Notes: generated from the letters alone by a model not told the origin. Shown: positions 26,052-38,412, numbered from the whole stretch's first letter. The stretch: 63,402 nucleotides of DNA, filler included, from Rhabdomonas costata (GCA_019059605.1; 35 parts of 35 records of this genome joined end to end with filler, not necessarily neighbours in it), one strand, 5' to 3'. Made by a program: numbers and translations.

Positions 26052-26550
26052 GTACCCTGCCCCACCCCCTGGGGCCCCCAGTGCCCTTTTCACTGCACGG
26101 GGGAAACATGCAGTGCTTGCTTCTGCAGAAATTGCTGTTGAGAAAATTCTTCAGAACATGGAAGGAAAATGAGAACCCAGTACTTGTCTGCCGGACGATA
26201 CGATGTATGGTGTTCACGCTACAGTGCATTTTACCGTAAACAGGTCTTTTTTTAGTGAACGGAAGGGAATGGATTATGGGCCGGGGGGCATGCTTGTATC
26301 GTCTCTTTCCCAGTTTCGAATCGCTCCTTCGTCAAATTCATTGCACGTACCCCACAAATTCACTAACAAAATGAAGCAGGACTTAACGGGGCGGGGCCGG
26401 AGTCTTGGGAAGTATGGGACTCACGTTGGCCACGCCGTTGCCCCCCCCCCTCCTTCCCAGTACCTATAAAGTAACTTTGGCAATCATGGACACGCCCACC
26501 GCCCAGACCCCAGGGCCACCTCACCAGTGGTCCACCAACGGCCCGCATGC

Positions 26551-26733
26551 CTTCCAGTTGCACAGTGTGATGCTTCCCGCGGCGTGCGCCGCCTGCGCGC
26601 CGGCCTCCTCCGCGAATTGCACGTAGCCGTAGTTCGGGTTTCCCTTGTTCACAACGGCCCCAACGACGAGCCCGAAGACGGACATCGCCTGCGTCAGGTC
26701 CGCCGTGGTCGCTGCCGGAGGCAGGCGCTGCAG
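26551..26733 (-). CDS. RRM-domain exon, antisense to KBP
   Basis: LQRLPPAATTADLTQAMSVFGLVVGAVVNKGNPNYGYVQFAEEAGAQAA with RNP1 = YGYVQF; probable GC donor aag|gcatgc. Confidence 0.75.
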
Positions 26734-27631
26734 CTTTGGAAGCGTGAGACACACGCAACAATGCAAAAGGCGTGCTTGCAAAACCGATACGATAAAGACG
26801 CGCGAATACTCTCAGACGCACTCGCACACACACACACACACTCACACACACAACAAACGCGTACCACATCCGTCCTCCCCGTCAATGCAAGTCTTCTATC
26901 CATCCTTCCTTCCTTCCCTCAAACCTATTCGCCCCGCAACGGATACCAAAACTCCTCCTGGTGGCGGGGAGAATATCCCCGCCGGGAGTGGGAAGGCAGC
27001 AAGCGGGACGCATGCGTTCCCCACACCCCACAAACACAACACAGAATGCAGCACAAAGAACAGGACAGCGCCCTCACCTCCCTCACACCCCACCACACAA
27101 CCCAACCACACCCACCACANNNNNNNNNNNNNNNNNNNNNNNNNNNNNNNNNNNNNNNNNNNNTTAATTAATTAANNNNNNNNNNNNNNNNNNNNNNNNN
27201 NNNNNNNNNNNNNNNNNNNGTTTTGTCTTTTCCATTTTTACAGACAGATGCTGTGATCTCTTTTCATTGCTCTTTCACGTTTTTACGCGAGCTTTGAGCG
27301 CAGCCCGTTGTGCTCCTCTGTGACGGTTTTCCTCCGCAAAGATTGATTCTTTGACAAAGAGTTTGGGCAAGGACACCGTGTGGTCGGCAGGACTTCCGTT
27401 ACACTCCTTTTGCTGGGCCGTTTTCAGGCCACTATACTTCTTGTGTTTCTTTCTCTCATCTGCTTCTTCTCAAAAAGCATTTGGCGCGTGCGCGAAGTAT
27501 TCCTTTGGTGAACATGCTTACCCATGCTGCTCATGATAGCACTGACAACCATGATTCCCCCAGTGTTGCGTTGCATTGCTCTACAGTTGGAGATAGGTTT
27601 CCTCAGCTGTTCTTCATGGACTGTTATTCAG

Positions 27632-28460
27632 GGTGGCATAAGCACCAGCTCGGTGGGTTCCAAGCTGAGTCTCAACAAGGCTGTGCTGGCGGCCCTTGGG
27701 GTGCCCAGCAAGGAGCACATCCAGCCCGTGCTCAGCGCTTCGGGCGCAAGTGGGGGCAAGGCAGAGAAGCTCGCCGTGGCAGCCCTGGTGTGTGTGTGTG
27801 TGTGTGTGTGTGTGTTGTGTGATAAGGTGATGATCCCATATAGAGTTCACCGAGTGATATGAGCAGAAACCGCCTCCGCATGTCGATTTTCACTGTTCCC
27901 GTTATGTGCAGGTTCTTTTTGCTCCAAAAACCCTTTCTGTTCTGTTATTCACACGCCGTTGCCTTCACCCGTACCCCCTCCACATAAGCGAGATGTTCAG
28001 AACGGATTCGTGACGAGGTTTCTCCCATTTCCCATCGGTGTACTGGGCCCTATTTAGGGCTATGGCTTTAGGACCATCTGCCGATAATATTACTAGTAGT
28101 ACAGTGGTACACCGCCCTTCCGTTTGTGGAAGTGTGACGGAAGGGGTATGAATCAAGGTTTCCACGGGCCCCGATTCGATTTCTCCAGCATCCTTGGGAT
28201 CAAACTCTCTGCCGGGCCTTGAAAATCGTGAAATTCGCAGATTAGGAGGTTTTTTGGCATCTGTTCTGGTGAGGGATTTTGAGGCTGTGCCACCCTTTTC
28301 TGGCCAAGGTGAGGCTGCATCAGTTGCCGTTTCTGTCGACCACGCGTGCGGTGTTGTTGGTATTTGCCACAGGTTGCGGGATATATCCAGCTGACGATGC
28401 CAACCCAAGCCCAGGACTGGGGTGAGCTCTTGCAGGCCTGCTCGCAGTACGTCTCCGACG
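27632..28460 (+). CDS. Two exons of an unknown protein
   Basis: ttcag|GGISTSSVGSKLSLNKAVLAALG...AVAAL|gtgtg and ccacag|VAGYIQLTMPTQAQDWGELLQACSQYV. Confidence 0.4.
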
Positions 28461-29141
28461 GCACAGGCTTGTTCAAAATGCTCGCACAGTGTGGTCCGAC
28501 GCTCCGACAAGCTTTCTTGCCAATTAGTTGCTTGCACCAAGCATTCTGCAGGTGCTCGATGGCTCAGAGTCACAGTTGCAACGCGACGATGGAAGTGGCG
28601 GTGGTAATCACGATGATCAGTGTTTCGCTGCAATTGCAATCCAGAATGAGCTGGTTTCTCTGTGCCTGCGCAATGATATGAAAGTGAGGTTATTTCATTT
28701 GTTTCGCATTGCCCTCGAACGCTCTGCAACTTTTTAGAACCACTTCACGTAACACCATTTACATTATGATCTGCAAGATTCGATTTCTTTGGTGGTGGGG
28801 AAGTTTTCAATGTCACTAACTGTTTCCACTTCACAAACCGCAGCCAGCAGCGACCGCTGCGCGGAGCTGCACAGTGCAGCGAAGACGGTGCTGTTCTCCA
28901 CAGTGGCACTGCTGAACCAAAGCCCGCCAGACCCTCCGCNNNNNNNNNNNNNNNNNNNNNNNNNNNNNNNNNNNNNNNNNNNNTTAATTAATTAANNNNN
29001 NNNNNNNNNNNNNNNNNNNNNNNNNNNNNNNNNNNNNNNGGGGTGTGGGTACAGCGCTCACTTTGCGAAATCTGAACACGAGCCCAGTGAACCAGAGGCA
29101 GACGCCTGATTACACGTAAGTGGTGAGGTTGCAAGCCGGGC

Positions 29142-29657
29142 CGTGATACGTGGTAGCAGAGGTGGAATAATTTGACCCTGTGCGTGGAGCGCAGCTCGAA
29201 ATTGTGGTACCACGTATCACTTCGTGAGACGTGGTAGCAGATGAAGAGTTCAGGACGCCCTGTGGAGATGAATAAGTTGAGAAAGCTTTGTGAGGCACCA
29301 GGAACGGAGCTCTGTGCTGGAGGACAACGTATCACGTCGTGAGACGTGGTAGCAGAACATTGTTTTGAGAAGTTCCTGTGCGGACCAGTGCAGCTTTGAG
29401 GAGTACCACGTATCAGTTCGTGACAAGTGGTATCAGAGTTTTATTAGCCAGTGCGGAAGAGCACAGCTCTGAGTTGTGGTCCCACGCGTCAGTGTGTGAC
29501 ACGTGGAAGCATAGCATAAGCAGAGAGATTTATGGGGTGCAAAGAGTCCAGCGCGGAGAAGAGAGCTCGCAGTTGGTAGAGGAACCGCGTGCAACTTCGT
29601 AACACGTGGTGTCAGAGCAAAGCAAAAGGTTGAGGACTTTATGCGTGGTGTCAGAGG
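29142..29657 (+). repeat. Degenerate tandem array of 36-nt palindromic units, each ending in a tRNA primer-binding-site-like motif
   Basis: Units at 29142 (partial), 29206, 29321, 29402, 29478, 29581 and 29644 (partial); consensus GGTACCACGTATCACTTCGTGA(G/C)ACGTGGTA(G/T)CAGA. Confidence 0.9.
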
Positions 29658-29944
29658 AGCTGTGACAGGAGTCGCGGAAGTTAGCGAGTTTGAACAGAGG
29701 TGGAAGATTCCAGAAGAGGGACAGAACTCAGCGAATCAACCCAAAGTCTGAGTGAGTGGACAGACGTCTTGCATTTGCAAGAGGGCAAAGAGAGTTGTTG
29801 CGCCCCTCGGTTGCTGAGTTGCAAGCAAGACCCCGCGCTATGTGATGGGTTGAGTGTGGTGTTCCTGTTCCCAGGTGATTTTGTCACTTGTGCAGCGCGA
29901 AAAAAGATTGGGTGTATTGGTTGAGTCTGAGCTGAATTGATATA

Positions 29945-30753
29945 TCGGGAGAATGTGCGCCCCAGACGCTAGATGTGTTCCAGACTTTCTTGTTGCATGC
30001 AGATTCTCTGTTTTGGCAGCTGGAAGCGCAGCAGAAGTCGAATAAAGAATTGAAAGACAGTCTGGTGCAGAGATTAAGAGTTACATGGGGCTGCCATCTG
30101 GTTCGAGTAAAGGAGTTGCAGATACAGCGGTAGTGCCAGTCACAGTTGTGCCAGGCCCGTCAGAGGCAGTGGCATAAGCTTTGCGGAAGCTTCAAGAAAA
30201 AGATCCGGAGTTTCCAAGGTACAACGGTAATGCAGCTAAAAGTTTTCCGTGGTTGGTCGCAGTGTAAGAATTGAAAGATTTTCGGAGAGTTGAGGATCAA
30301 GTTGCAATTGTATATGCGGCGGTAGCTTTGGGATCGTGTGCAAGGTGAATCATTGCCACGAATCATACTTTCAGCAATTGGGTAGATTTCACGAGTACGC
30401 CGAGAAAAAGATTTTGTCATTCGACGTGGGACTACAACATTGTTGAAGACTGGAGAACTTTTCATAGTTACTACCAGCAGTTCATCACTGGTCTAAATCT
30501 TTTGGCAAGGACTCGGTTTGAAAACGACGCGCAATTGCAGTATTTGTTTGTAAGATGGTTGGACGTGGACATACAGGCAAGGGTGATTGCGGACGAGTCG
30601 TAGACTTTGGAAGAGGCATTAGAGAAGTCTTGGGACTACTTTCGGAAGCCGAGACCACAACCCAAGTCATTGTTGCAGTGCCCTAGTCGTCGTTGCAAAA
30701 AGCAGTGGTAACAGGGCGTGAAGGCATGGAGTTTGATGCAATGCGTTATGGCT
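29945..30753 (+). pseudogene. Decayed Ty3/gypsy-type gag
   Basis: Frame from 30181: PEFPRYNGNAAKSFPWLVAV*...AIVYAAVALG..AR*...FSNWVDF...RKRF...SYYQQF...LQYLFVRWLDVDIQARVIADES*TLEEALEK, followed by a GMEFD motif. Three in-frame stops in this stretch and at least one upstream frameshift. Confidence 0.8.
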
Positions 30754-30857
30754 NNNNNNNNNNNNNNNNNNNNNNNNNNNNNNNNNNNNNNNNNNNNTTA
30801 ATTAATTAANNNNNNNNNNNNNNNNNNNNNNNNNNNNNNNNNNNNNNNNNNNNGGTG

Positions 30858-31026
30858 GGTTGTAGCATAGTCTGTTGCGTAGGTTTGGCTGTAGGTGTAG
30901 TTGGTGCTTCTGTTGTTGGTCGTAGTGTAGTGTAGCTAAGGGTATGGGTATGGGTTGTAGCGTAGTCTGTAGCGTAGGTTTGGCTGTAGGTGTAGTTGGT
31001 GCTTCTGTTGTTGGTCGTAACGTAGG
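30858..31026 (+). repeat. Direct repeat of about 68 bp (period about 96 bp), G/T-rich
   Basis: ggttgtagc(a/g)tagtctgt(t/a)gcgtaggtttggctgtaggtgtagttggtgcttctgttgttggtcgta occurs twice. Confidence 0.85.
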
Positions 31027-31376
31027 GTGTAGCGGTGTGTCAGTGTCAGCGTCAGGGTTGGGGAAGGATTAGAGCTCCTGTTTTGCTTAGATTCCGAACG
31101 CAGGTCTCGCAGGGATGTCCAGGAGGGGGAATGGCAATGTCATTAATACCACTATCCCACTGTTTCCCTTGTTGGGTGCAATTCAAACAAGTGCAAAACG
31201 TGGCGTCCATAAAGCACAGAAAGCATTATGGTTTTCCTTGGGAGAGAACAAAAAGAAAGCTGCGCTGGTTCTTTCATTGGGCTGATGAGCTTGGTTTCGG
31301 GCTGCACGCGTGAACCCCTGTGCCACGGGTGTGTGGGTTTTCTTTGTCTGTGGGGAGACGGCCCCTTCCCACACAG

Positions 31377-32258
31377 GTGCCGTGCACGGCCACGGTGACG
31401 CTGGCAAACCTGAGTGTGGTGGAGAGCGCCTTTCAGTGGGCCTGCGTGGAGGACCCCGCGGTGGTGTCCGCGGAGGTCTCCCCGAAACGCGGCGTGCTTC
31501 AGCCCGGGCAGTCCGTCCCCGTAACCTTCACCCTAATCGCCCACAAGCAAGGTCCGAGCCTCACCTTCCACACACACACACACACACACTTTTCTCTCTC
31601 TCTCTCTCTCTCTCTTAAGAATGACTGACCCCAAGCAACAAAATCCCCAACCTCAACAGCCTTAATCCCAAACAAGCAACCTCCACAGGAGTTGCAAAGT
31701 ACAGTTTCAGCTAAGGAGTACCTCAGTCACAAAAAAGGCAAAAATATAGAAAAACATTGGCGCGACCTGAAGGTCGGTCCATGTTCCAGTTGCACTGACA
31801 AGTATGGTTGCTGGCACAGAGTGGTTTACGAAGCCAATCTACAGTTTTCTTTTTTTTGGGGGGGGGCCTCACCGATTTGCTTTTTCCAGCCCTGTCCTGT
31901 GCCTTCATGCCCCTGGTCTTAGTTTTACAACGAAGCTGAGTGTGCAGGCTTGCAAAGGTCCGGAAAAAGTGACCATCGAAACCCATCCACGCCTCCAAAG
32001 GTACAAATATCGGCCATGGTGTGGTTGCATTTCTTGATTCTTTTACTGTTGAGTGCCCAGCGGTCTGATTTCCTTTTGTTTGGTTGCTGTCAGAGCCGCT
32101 GCGAGTACTGATGTCGTGCATTGTGGAGGGCATGGACCACCCCTTGGGATGCGTGCTATCTGCGGCGGAGGTCCGCGCCGCGGCGATCTCGTTGGCCGTT
32201 TCCCCTGCTGCGCCGTCCCCTGCCTCGGGCGGAGTTACGCTCCTCGAGGAGCCGGACG
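31377..32258 (+). CDS. DLEC1: DLEC1/CFAP81 ciliary ASH-domain protein, 2 exons
   Basis: VPCTATVTLANLSVVESAFQW...EVSPKRGVLQPGQSVPVTFTLIAHKQ|EPLRVLMSCIVEGMDHPL matches DLEC1 VP..VTL.N...F.W...VSPKxG.L.P...LTAH...C.V.GM..PL. Confidence 0.65.
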
Positions 32259-32716
32259 GTCTCTGTGCTTTTTGTGTGCGAGTACTGGGTGATTCCTATT
32301 GTTATCCAAAGGCTCCTGCTCGGGACATTGGCGACATTGGGCTGCTCGCTGTTGGCGATTGACCGGAATAGCTTGCGTTGCGTGCACGCGCTTGTGGTTA
32401 GGAAGCCAGCATGGCTTCATTGGGATGTAACTGACAAGCTGAACGCCTTAAACAGGGAGGATTTATAGTTCAGGGAACCCAAGGTCCAAAGACCAGAAAT
32501 GGGGGCGAGGGGAAGAAGAGGCCTGCATCCTGGAAAAGGCGTTCAGCTTGTCAGTTACACCCCAACNNNNNNNNNNNNNNNNNNNNNNNNNNNNNNNNNN
32601 NNNNNNNNNNTTAATTAATTAANNNNNNNNNNNNNNNNNNNNNNNNNNNNNNNNNNNNNNNNNNNNGGGGGGGGGTGAAAAAATCAGCGCCCCACTCTCT
32701 CTTTGTATGCTTAAAG

Positions 32717-33798
32717 GGCCCGTGCAGAAGAGATCCTGGAGCATGTCCGGGCCTCCCTGGGAGCGAAGGGAGGAGGCGCCCGCACGATGTGCTTGCTGCA
32801 CCGCGACATCGTGGTGGGGGTGTTAGTGGGGGATCCGATGTCGCCGGACCAGACCCGCGCCTACTCCGCGGCCTTTGATGTCGACACCAAGGTTTTTGTG
32901 CACGTCTTCTTTTTGTTGGGCAAATGGGTTAAGCGGAGCGGAGCGTGTTCCCTGTGTGGGTCTGTTTGCTATGTGTGTGTTTGTTTTTTTTTGCACGCGA
33001 TACTAGTGAGGTAATGATGCCCATCTGTGCTGCATGGTGGACACAAAGACCTGCAGGTCGAAAGAAAAACTGAATGCTGATTTTGTGTGATTTCCCCTGT
33101 GGTGTGGTGTTTTTATGTAACATCTGGTGTGGGAGTGAGCAGAGTTTCGATTGATTGAGGCTCCATTTGAAGCGCACTAGCTTCGTGCGCTATTGCTGTT
33201 GGCGGTGTCAGATGGGACACCTTCTTCATTGCCATTTTTCGGGCGGCTTCATCCAAACGTGACTCACCGAAGCCCAAATGCTCAACAAGAATATCACAAA
33301 TCGTTGCAACGTGCGTTTGTGTGGGAAAAGTTTTGGTCGGGAAAGGGGTGGGGGTTGTTTTGGGTCAACAGGTTTGTCATCTGATTGCAAAAGAAACATT
33401 CTTTCCTTACTGTGAACTTTTATCACAGTCACCCTCAAGGGCCTTGAAAACTTGTGCTGGGCTCTCTCTCACTTCCTGATGAGTATGCCGTGTTCCGATT
33501 CTCGTGCAGGTGGACTTCCTGGCCGCCAGCGGGGCAGGGGACTCGTACTTCAAGCAAACCCCAATTGAGATCCCTAAGATTGGCGTAGGTGCCCCGGCCG
33601 CGGCCTCTTCCTCCGGGGGGAGCCAGTCCCACGCAGTACAGGAGAATGTCCGGGCCTGCCTGGAGGCCTTGAAGGACCCCCTGCCCGGGCTGCGCGTGCG
33701 GGGGTTCTTCGTGCGGCCGATCTTCCGCCCCCACATCCGGCTCTTTCTGAGGGAGAGCCTGAGGCAGCTGCGCCGAGAGATGCTGTACTACACCGCAG
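32717..33798 (+). CDS. CFAP61: CFAP61-like flagellar protein, 2 exons
   Basis: Exon 33510-33798 ends GFFVRPIFRPHIRLFLRESLRQLRREMLYY, matching CFAP61 F.LNPIF.....FLKE.LR......LYY; upstream exon 32717-32891. Confidence 0.6.
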
Positions 33799-34040
33799 GT
33801 TTGGCGGGAACGACAGGGAGGAGAATGTGGGGGGGCGGAGAGCAGTGTGTCGCTCCAACCCAATCCGATGTTGCTTGTATGTTGACGGGGCACTGCACAG
33901 AGTGCGCAAAAAGAAGGGCGGAGCCTCAGTGACCTGAGCAGCCATGGGTAAACGCTTGTAGTGAGTGGAAAAAGAGCTACTACGAGAAAGGCCCAGGACC
34001 TGTGAGGCAGAAAGGAGTCTGCGGTTTGGTGCAAGGCTGG

Positions 34041-34135
34041 GCGGTGAGCCGGTACCCCGCGGCGTCCTTCGCTCCAATGGCACCTCTCTCGAACACATGT
34101 GTCAACAAGGCATGCGCCCGTCAGTCGACACTAGC
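34041..34135 (+). repeat. Dispersed repeat family A, copy 2 (after a CFAP61 donor site)
   Basis: gcggtgagccggtaccccgcggcgtccttcgctccaatggcacctctctcgaacacatgtgtcaacaaggcatgcgcccgtcagtcgacac. Confidence 0.75.
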
Positions 34136-35530
34136 CAGTCAGCAACAGCCTGCGCGCACGCACGCACGCACACACGCACACACATACATTCACAGTATTA
34201 CATTTCACGGGCGGTTGTGTTTATTCCAGAGAAAAACCTGTAGCTTGGCATTCGCAGAGCTTGATATGCCACTTCTCTCCCCTTACCTCCAGCAAATGAG
34301 CAACTGTTTTTACCTGAAGCAGGGACTCCAATGGGCACGTGCGCGCCCACTCCTTTTCCCATTCCCACGCCCCACAAACANNNNNNNNNNNNNNNNNNNN
34401 NNNNNNNNNNNNNNNNNNNNNNNNTTAATTAATTAANNNNNNNNNNNNNNNNNNNNNNNNNNNNNNNNNNNNNNNNNNNNGGGTTTTGGGTGTCAGGCGT
34501 GGAAGGATGTATGCCCGAGCCAGCTTGTCGTTTTCTGTGTGGTCCGCTGCCGTGCCCGAGATCCGCACACTGCCGTGCCGTTCCGTTCCTGAAACGCGCG
34601 GCCATCAGCAACAGCGCCGTTGACAACACGTTACACGTCTTGATATCCAGGTCTCCTTCCGTCTTGACATGCTTAGTACGCATTTTTGTGAACGAGATGG
34701 CCCGAGGGTGTAATCCGCCCTAGATGTACGCCGCGTCGCGGCTCGTATCGCCTATGCTCGTGGTGGTGGGCCACGGGCCATTTATGGGACCAGACCTTGA
34801 AGTCTGCAAGACTGTGGGGATCATTTGCCTCTTTCCGAAATAGGTTCGATAGGAAGCGTTTCCCATATCATCCGTAGGATCAGCTCTTGGAAACGTCCCG
34901 GTCATACCCGGTTTTCTTCTCTCCAAACCCCGGTTTTCGCAGAAAAATATCGCTGTTTCATGGCCCCCACGGATTCTGAAGGTTGATCAATTCTGCAAAT
35001 CGATGGGGAAACCTGCCGTCCCCATTTTTGGTTCGCATCACGAATATCTGTTTCTGGGCAAGGGTGACTTAGGGGGGTGGAATATCAAAATCTTGGTATT
35101 ACGATGGCAGTTCCGCTAGCCCGCGTCTATGAACACGTCGCCGTTGCGGCGTTTTTGCGTGTCTGATGGCGCCTGTCTCTCTTTATGTGTGCTCCGCGTG
35201 GTTTCGGTTCATGCATGACCGCGGGTGTGTCTCTTTTCCACATTGGTGCAGCTGTGGGGGGTTCTATCGGGTCCTCGTGCGCGCTTTTCTTTTTGACGCC
35301 TGTGTCCGTCTTCGTGGGTCTTCGTGCCCGCCTTAGGACGGCATAAAATCCGGCTCTTCAAAGAACCTCTCAAACGTTTCTGTTTTCCGTTAATTACGAC
35401 AAGGTTTTCTGGGGCGACCCTCGGTTTGCGCGCCCAGTATCCTTATGTTTCTATGTTCCACCCTTCCGGCTTTTTCCGCGTGGGCCGTGGGTCCCTTGTG
35501 TCTTCTTTCTCGTGTGGATTGTGTTTTTCT

Positions 35531-35564
35531 CGCGCCTACGCCTTGGCGCCAAGGCGTAGGCGCG
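35531..35564. repeat. Perfect 34-bp palindrome
   Basis: cgcgcctacgccttggcgccaaggcgtaggcgcg equals its own reverse complement. Confidence 0.95.
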
Positions 35565-36344
35565 GCTGTCCTTGCGTGAAGCCTTTGGACTGCCCAGACT
35601 CTTTTGGCTATGTTCACTGCTTTGTACCTCTTTTGCAGATGACGCGACCTCTGACGGCATTGCCGATCAAGAGGAATATGACAATTAACAGTACTGTCCC
35701 TGTCCTAATATGCTTCTAGCTTTCAGAAAACCTTTGAAGCAGGAGTCACAGGCGCTCAAATCAACAGCATCTGTACAAGATAAGACGCATTGCTACGTCC
35801 CGGAATGATCCCGACAAAAACAACCCCTGGGCATACTCCAGTTAAACCAGAGCAGAGGCGGCCGCTCACCACCACGAAGGCAGGGTATGCGCTGACCTTC
35901 AAACCGTTCACACGGGAGGAAACTTCGGCCCCGAGGGATTTGCTCTGGGAAAAATGCAATAAATTCTCAGAACATGTGCTGCCTATCATGTGGGACATTG
36001 CAAGTGCACATCGCGAGCCTTACCGCCAATCCCTCTCCACTAACAAATTGCGTAAATACAACCACATGAAGCAAGGAAGAGCATGCCTCTGCGGGGACAT
36101 TGAAGTAATTGAAAGTCGGTCTGCGTGGGCAACGGCGCAGGTGTACGATTGTCTCTTGTTTTTTGTCTGAGGTGTAGTGAGTAATATCTTCACTNNNNNN
36201 NNNNNNNNNNNNNNNNNNNNNNNNNNNNNNNNNNNNNNTTAATTAATTAANNNNNNNNNNNNNNNNNNNNNNNNNNNNNNNNNNNNNNNNNNNNTTTGTA
36301 TAGATTCATGAACGACCAGTGCTTGATAGTGAACTACTTCCCTT

Positions 36345-36713
36345 TTCTCAATCTTGCGCTCTATATCAAACAGAACGGAAAGTTGACGTTGCAGGTCAGG
36401 CCCGAAGTACTGCAAATCAGAGGCCTGCGAGGCACCCCTCCCACACACAAGAGCAGCAACTGAAAAAGTTGAAATCAAGATTGAAAAAAGGGAAGTAGTT
36501 CACTATCAAGCACTGGTCGTTCATGAATCTATACATACTGAAGCAAAATAGCAGACGACATCTGTGCGCGTCAGTTAGGTGTTGGTTAACATAATCGCAG
36601 ACCTGAAACTGCGAGAGGTAGGGGGGGATGTGAGCCTGGATTGTCAGGTCCTCCAGCAGGTCATCCACAACCGCGAGAATGCGCCGGCTCTCAAGGATGG
36701 TCTGCTGATTCAT
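36345..36713 (-). CDS. Dynein regulatory complex protein 10 (IQCD)-like N-terminus, 2 exons
   Basis: MNQQTILESRRILAVVDDLLEDLTIQAHIPPYLSQFQ|ASDLQYFGPDLQRQLSVLFDIERKIE; IEx.RI..V.DE pattern recalled for the DRC10 N-terminus; GT-AG intron. Confidence 0.5.
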
Positions 36714-38410
36714 TTGTTGTGAGGGGCCCCAACCCTACCCCGGCACCACAAGCACGACACTAAGAAACTCAAAAAGGTCACACGAAAGAAGCACACTGGA
36801 CAAAAAGCGTCTGAAAACCCAAAAAACCCTCCGAAGCTCAAAAAGTGCATCTCCGCACAGTCTCATCATCTCAAGGTATTGTGTTACAGTGTATGCCGAC
36901 TGCAAGATGTGACGTAACGGCCTATGGCGTTAGTGGCGGAGGGGCCTATGTGGAGTCCGACCCCTGTGCAAAGGCTGCGTGAACTCATCGAGGCTTGGGA
37001 GGGAGGGAGCCACTGCCCCATGCCCACGGGACCTCAAGCTATTATGCAGCAACCACGCACCGGAGTGCCGACACGAAACAAGACGGCTGGTTAGCAGTCC
37101 ACGAAGCCGCAGCCCCCGGAAGAGCTGGTCGCAGATGGCCCGGTGGTGAGCCACCACCAGCCGCTCCTAACACTCCTTCTGGGGCTGCCCCGGCAACCCG
37201 GTTCCCCTGCGGCGTTTGGTGTAGAGATTGAAGTCCGTGGCAATGCTGTCCCATCTGTGGTCTGGTGTACATGGTGGAGAGGGATTGTTGCACCGTTTAA
37301 CCTCAAAGAGCCCCGGACCCTACTATCTGAAAACGTAAGCTCCCTCGTACCAATGGATGCGCCCCCAACAGTCTGGGCCCCTACTTTGCGCTTTGCGTAC
37401 GAATCGTCATCGGCGCTGGCTGGTCCGGTGGGTCACAGCCCAGATGTTGACTTTTCCTTCTGGCCGCCTATATTATGCTTGGTTGTCTTATATTATGTCT
37501 TGGTTGTCTTGTGTGTCGCCTATGTGCGAGTTTGCCTTGTGTTAGTAGGAACACAGCGTAATTAGCGTAGGTGGCACTTCAGCCGCCTCCGCGTTGTAAC
37601 ATCGACCTGGGCACACCCAAGTTCCACCACATACCCCCTTCATTTTCGGAGGCCGTGCCACGAGATAATCACATCTTTGGGTTTGGTGGTTGCCACATTA
37701 AAGCGGGGCAGTTAGAACGGATCGACTGAGCGTGTAGGATGTCCAGTCAAAACACATCAACGCACGTACAATGTGGCAAGGCGCACAGTGGGCGTGCCGT
37801 CCCTCCGCTCAGCTCCGTCCGTGTGCCACCCGCTTAGTAGGGGGCTCATTGGCTCCACGCGGTTTTTTCTCATTTAACTATGTACTTCTAGTTTTCTTCG
37901 GAGCTCTTATCTCTCTCTCTCCGTCTGCGGCTTTCTCATCGGCGAAGTGCTCCCCTTGCTGGATTAAGGCTTGCGTACGTACAGAGCCACTGCACTTCCG
38001 CGAGGCTTNNNNNNNNNNNNNNNNNNNNNNNNNNNNNNNNNNNNNNNNNNNNTTAATTAATTAANNNNNNNNNNNNNNNNNNNNNNNNNNNNNNNNNNNN
38101 NNNNNNNNGTGGGGGTGTAACGTGTGTGAGGTGGGCAATGTACTCCTGGCTGACGTCACCAGGGTGGGGGGTTGGAGGCCTGCGCTTCGCATTATACCCA
38201 GAGCTGAGCCAGAGCTAAGGAGTATTGAGAGACAGGTTTCCTTTTTCTTAAACGGATTTCACACCACCCAAGAAAAAGCAGGAAAATAGCAAAAGCATTG
38301 TCAGGGAGGTCATCGTGCAGGGATCCAGGTGCAAAGGTGCAAGGTGAGGAGAGCCTGCTCAAAGAAGGAGGCGTATGAGGAGGCACGGAGGCTGGGAGTA
38401 TGGAAAGGAC

Positions 38411-38412
<2 letters not shown>

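Noticed and set aside
29142-29657. CRISPR array (36-nt palindromic repeats with spacers)
   Set aside because: Repeats are degenerate, spacers vary from 40 to 79 nt and share a motif (ccWgtgcgga...agct), there is no cas gene, and the context is a eukaryotic gag leader. An LTR-end/PBS reading fits better.
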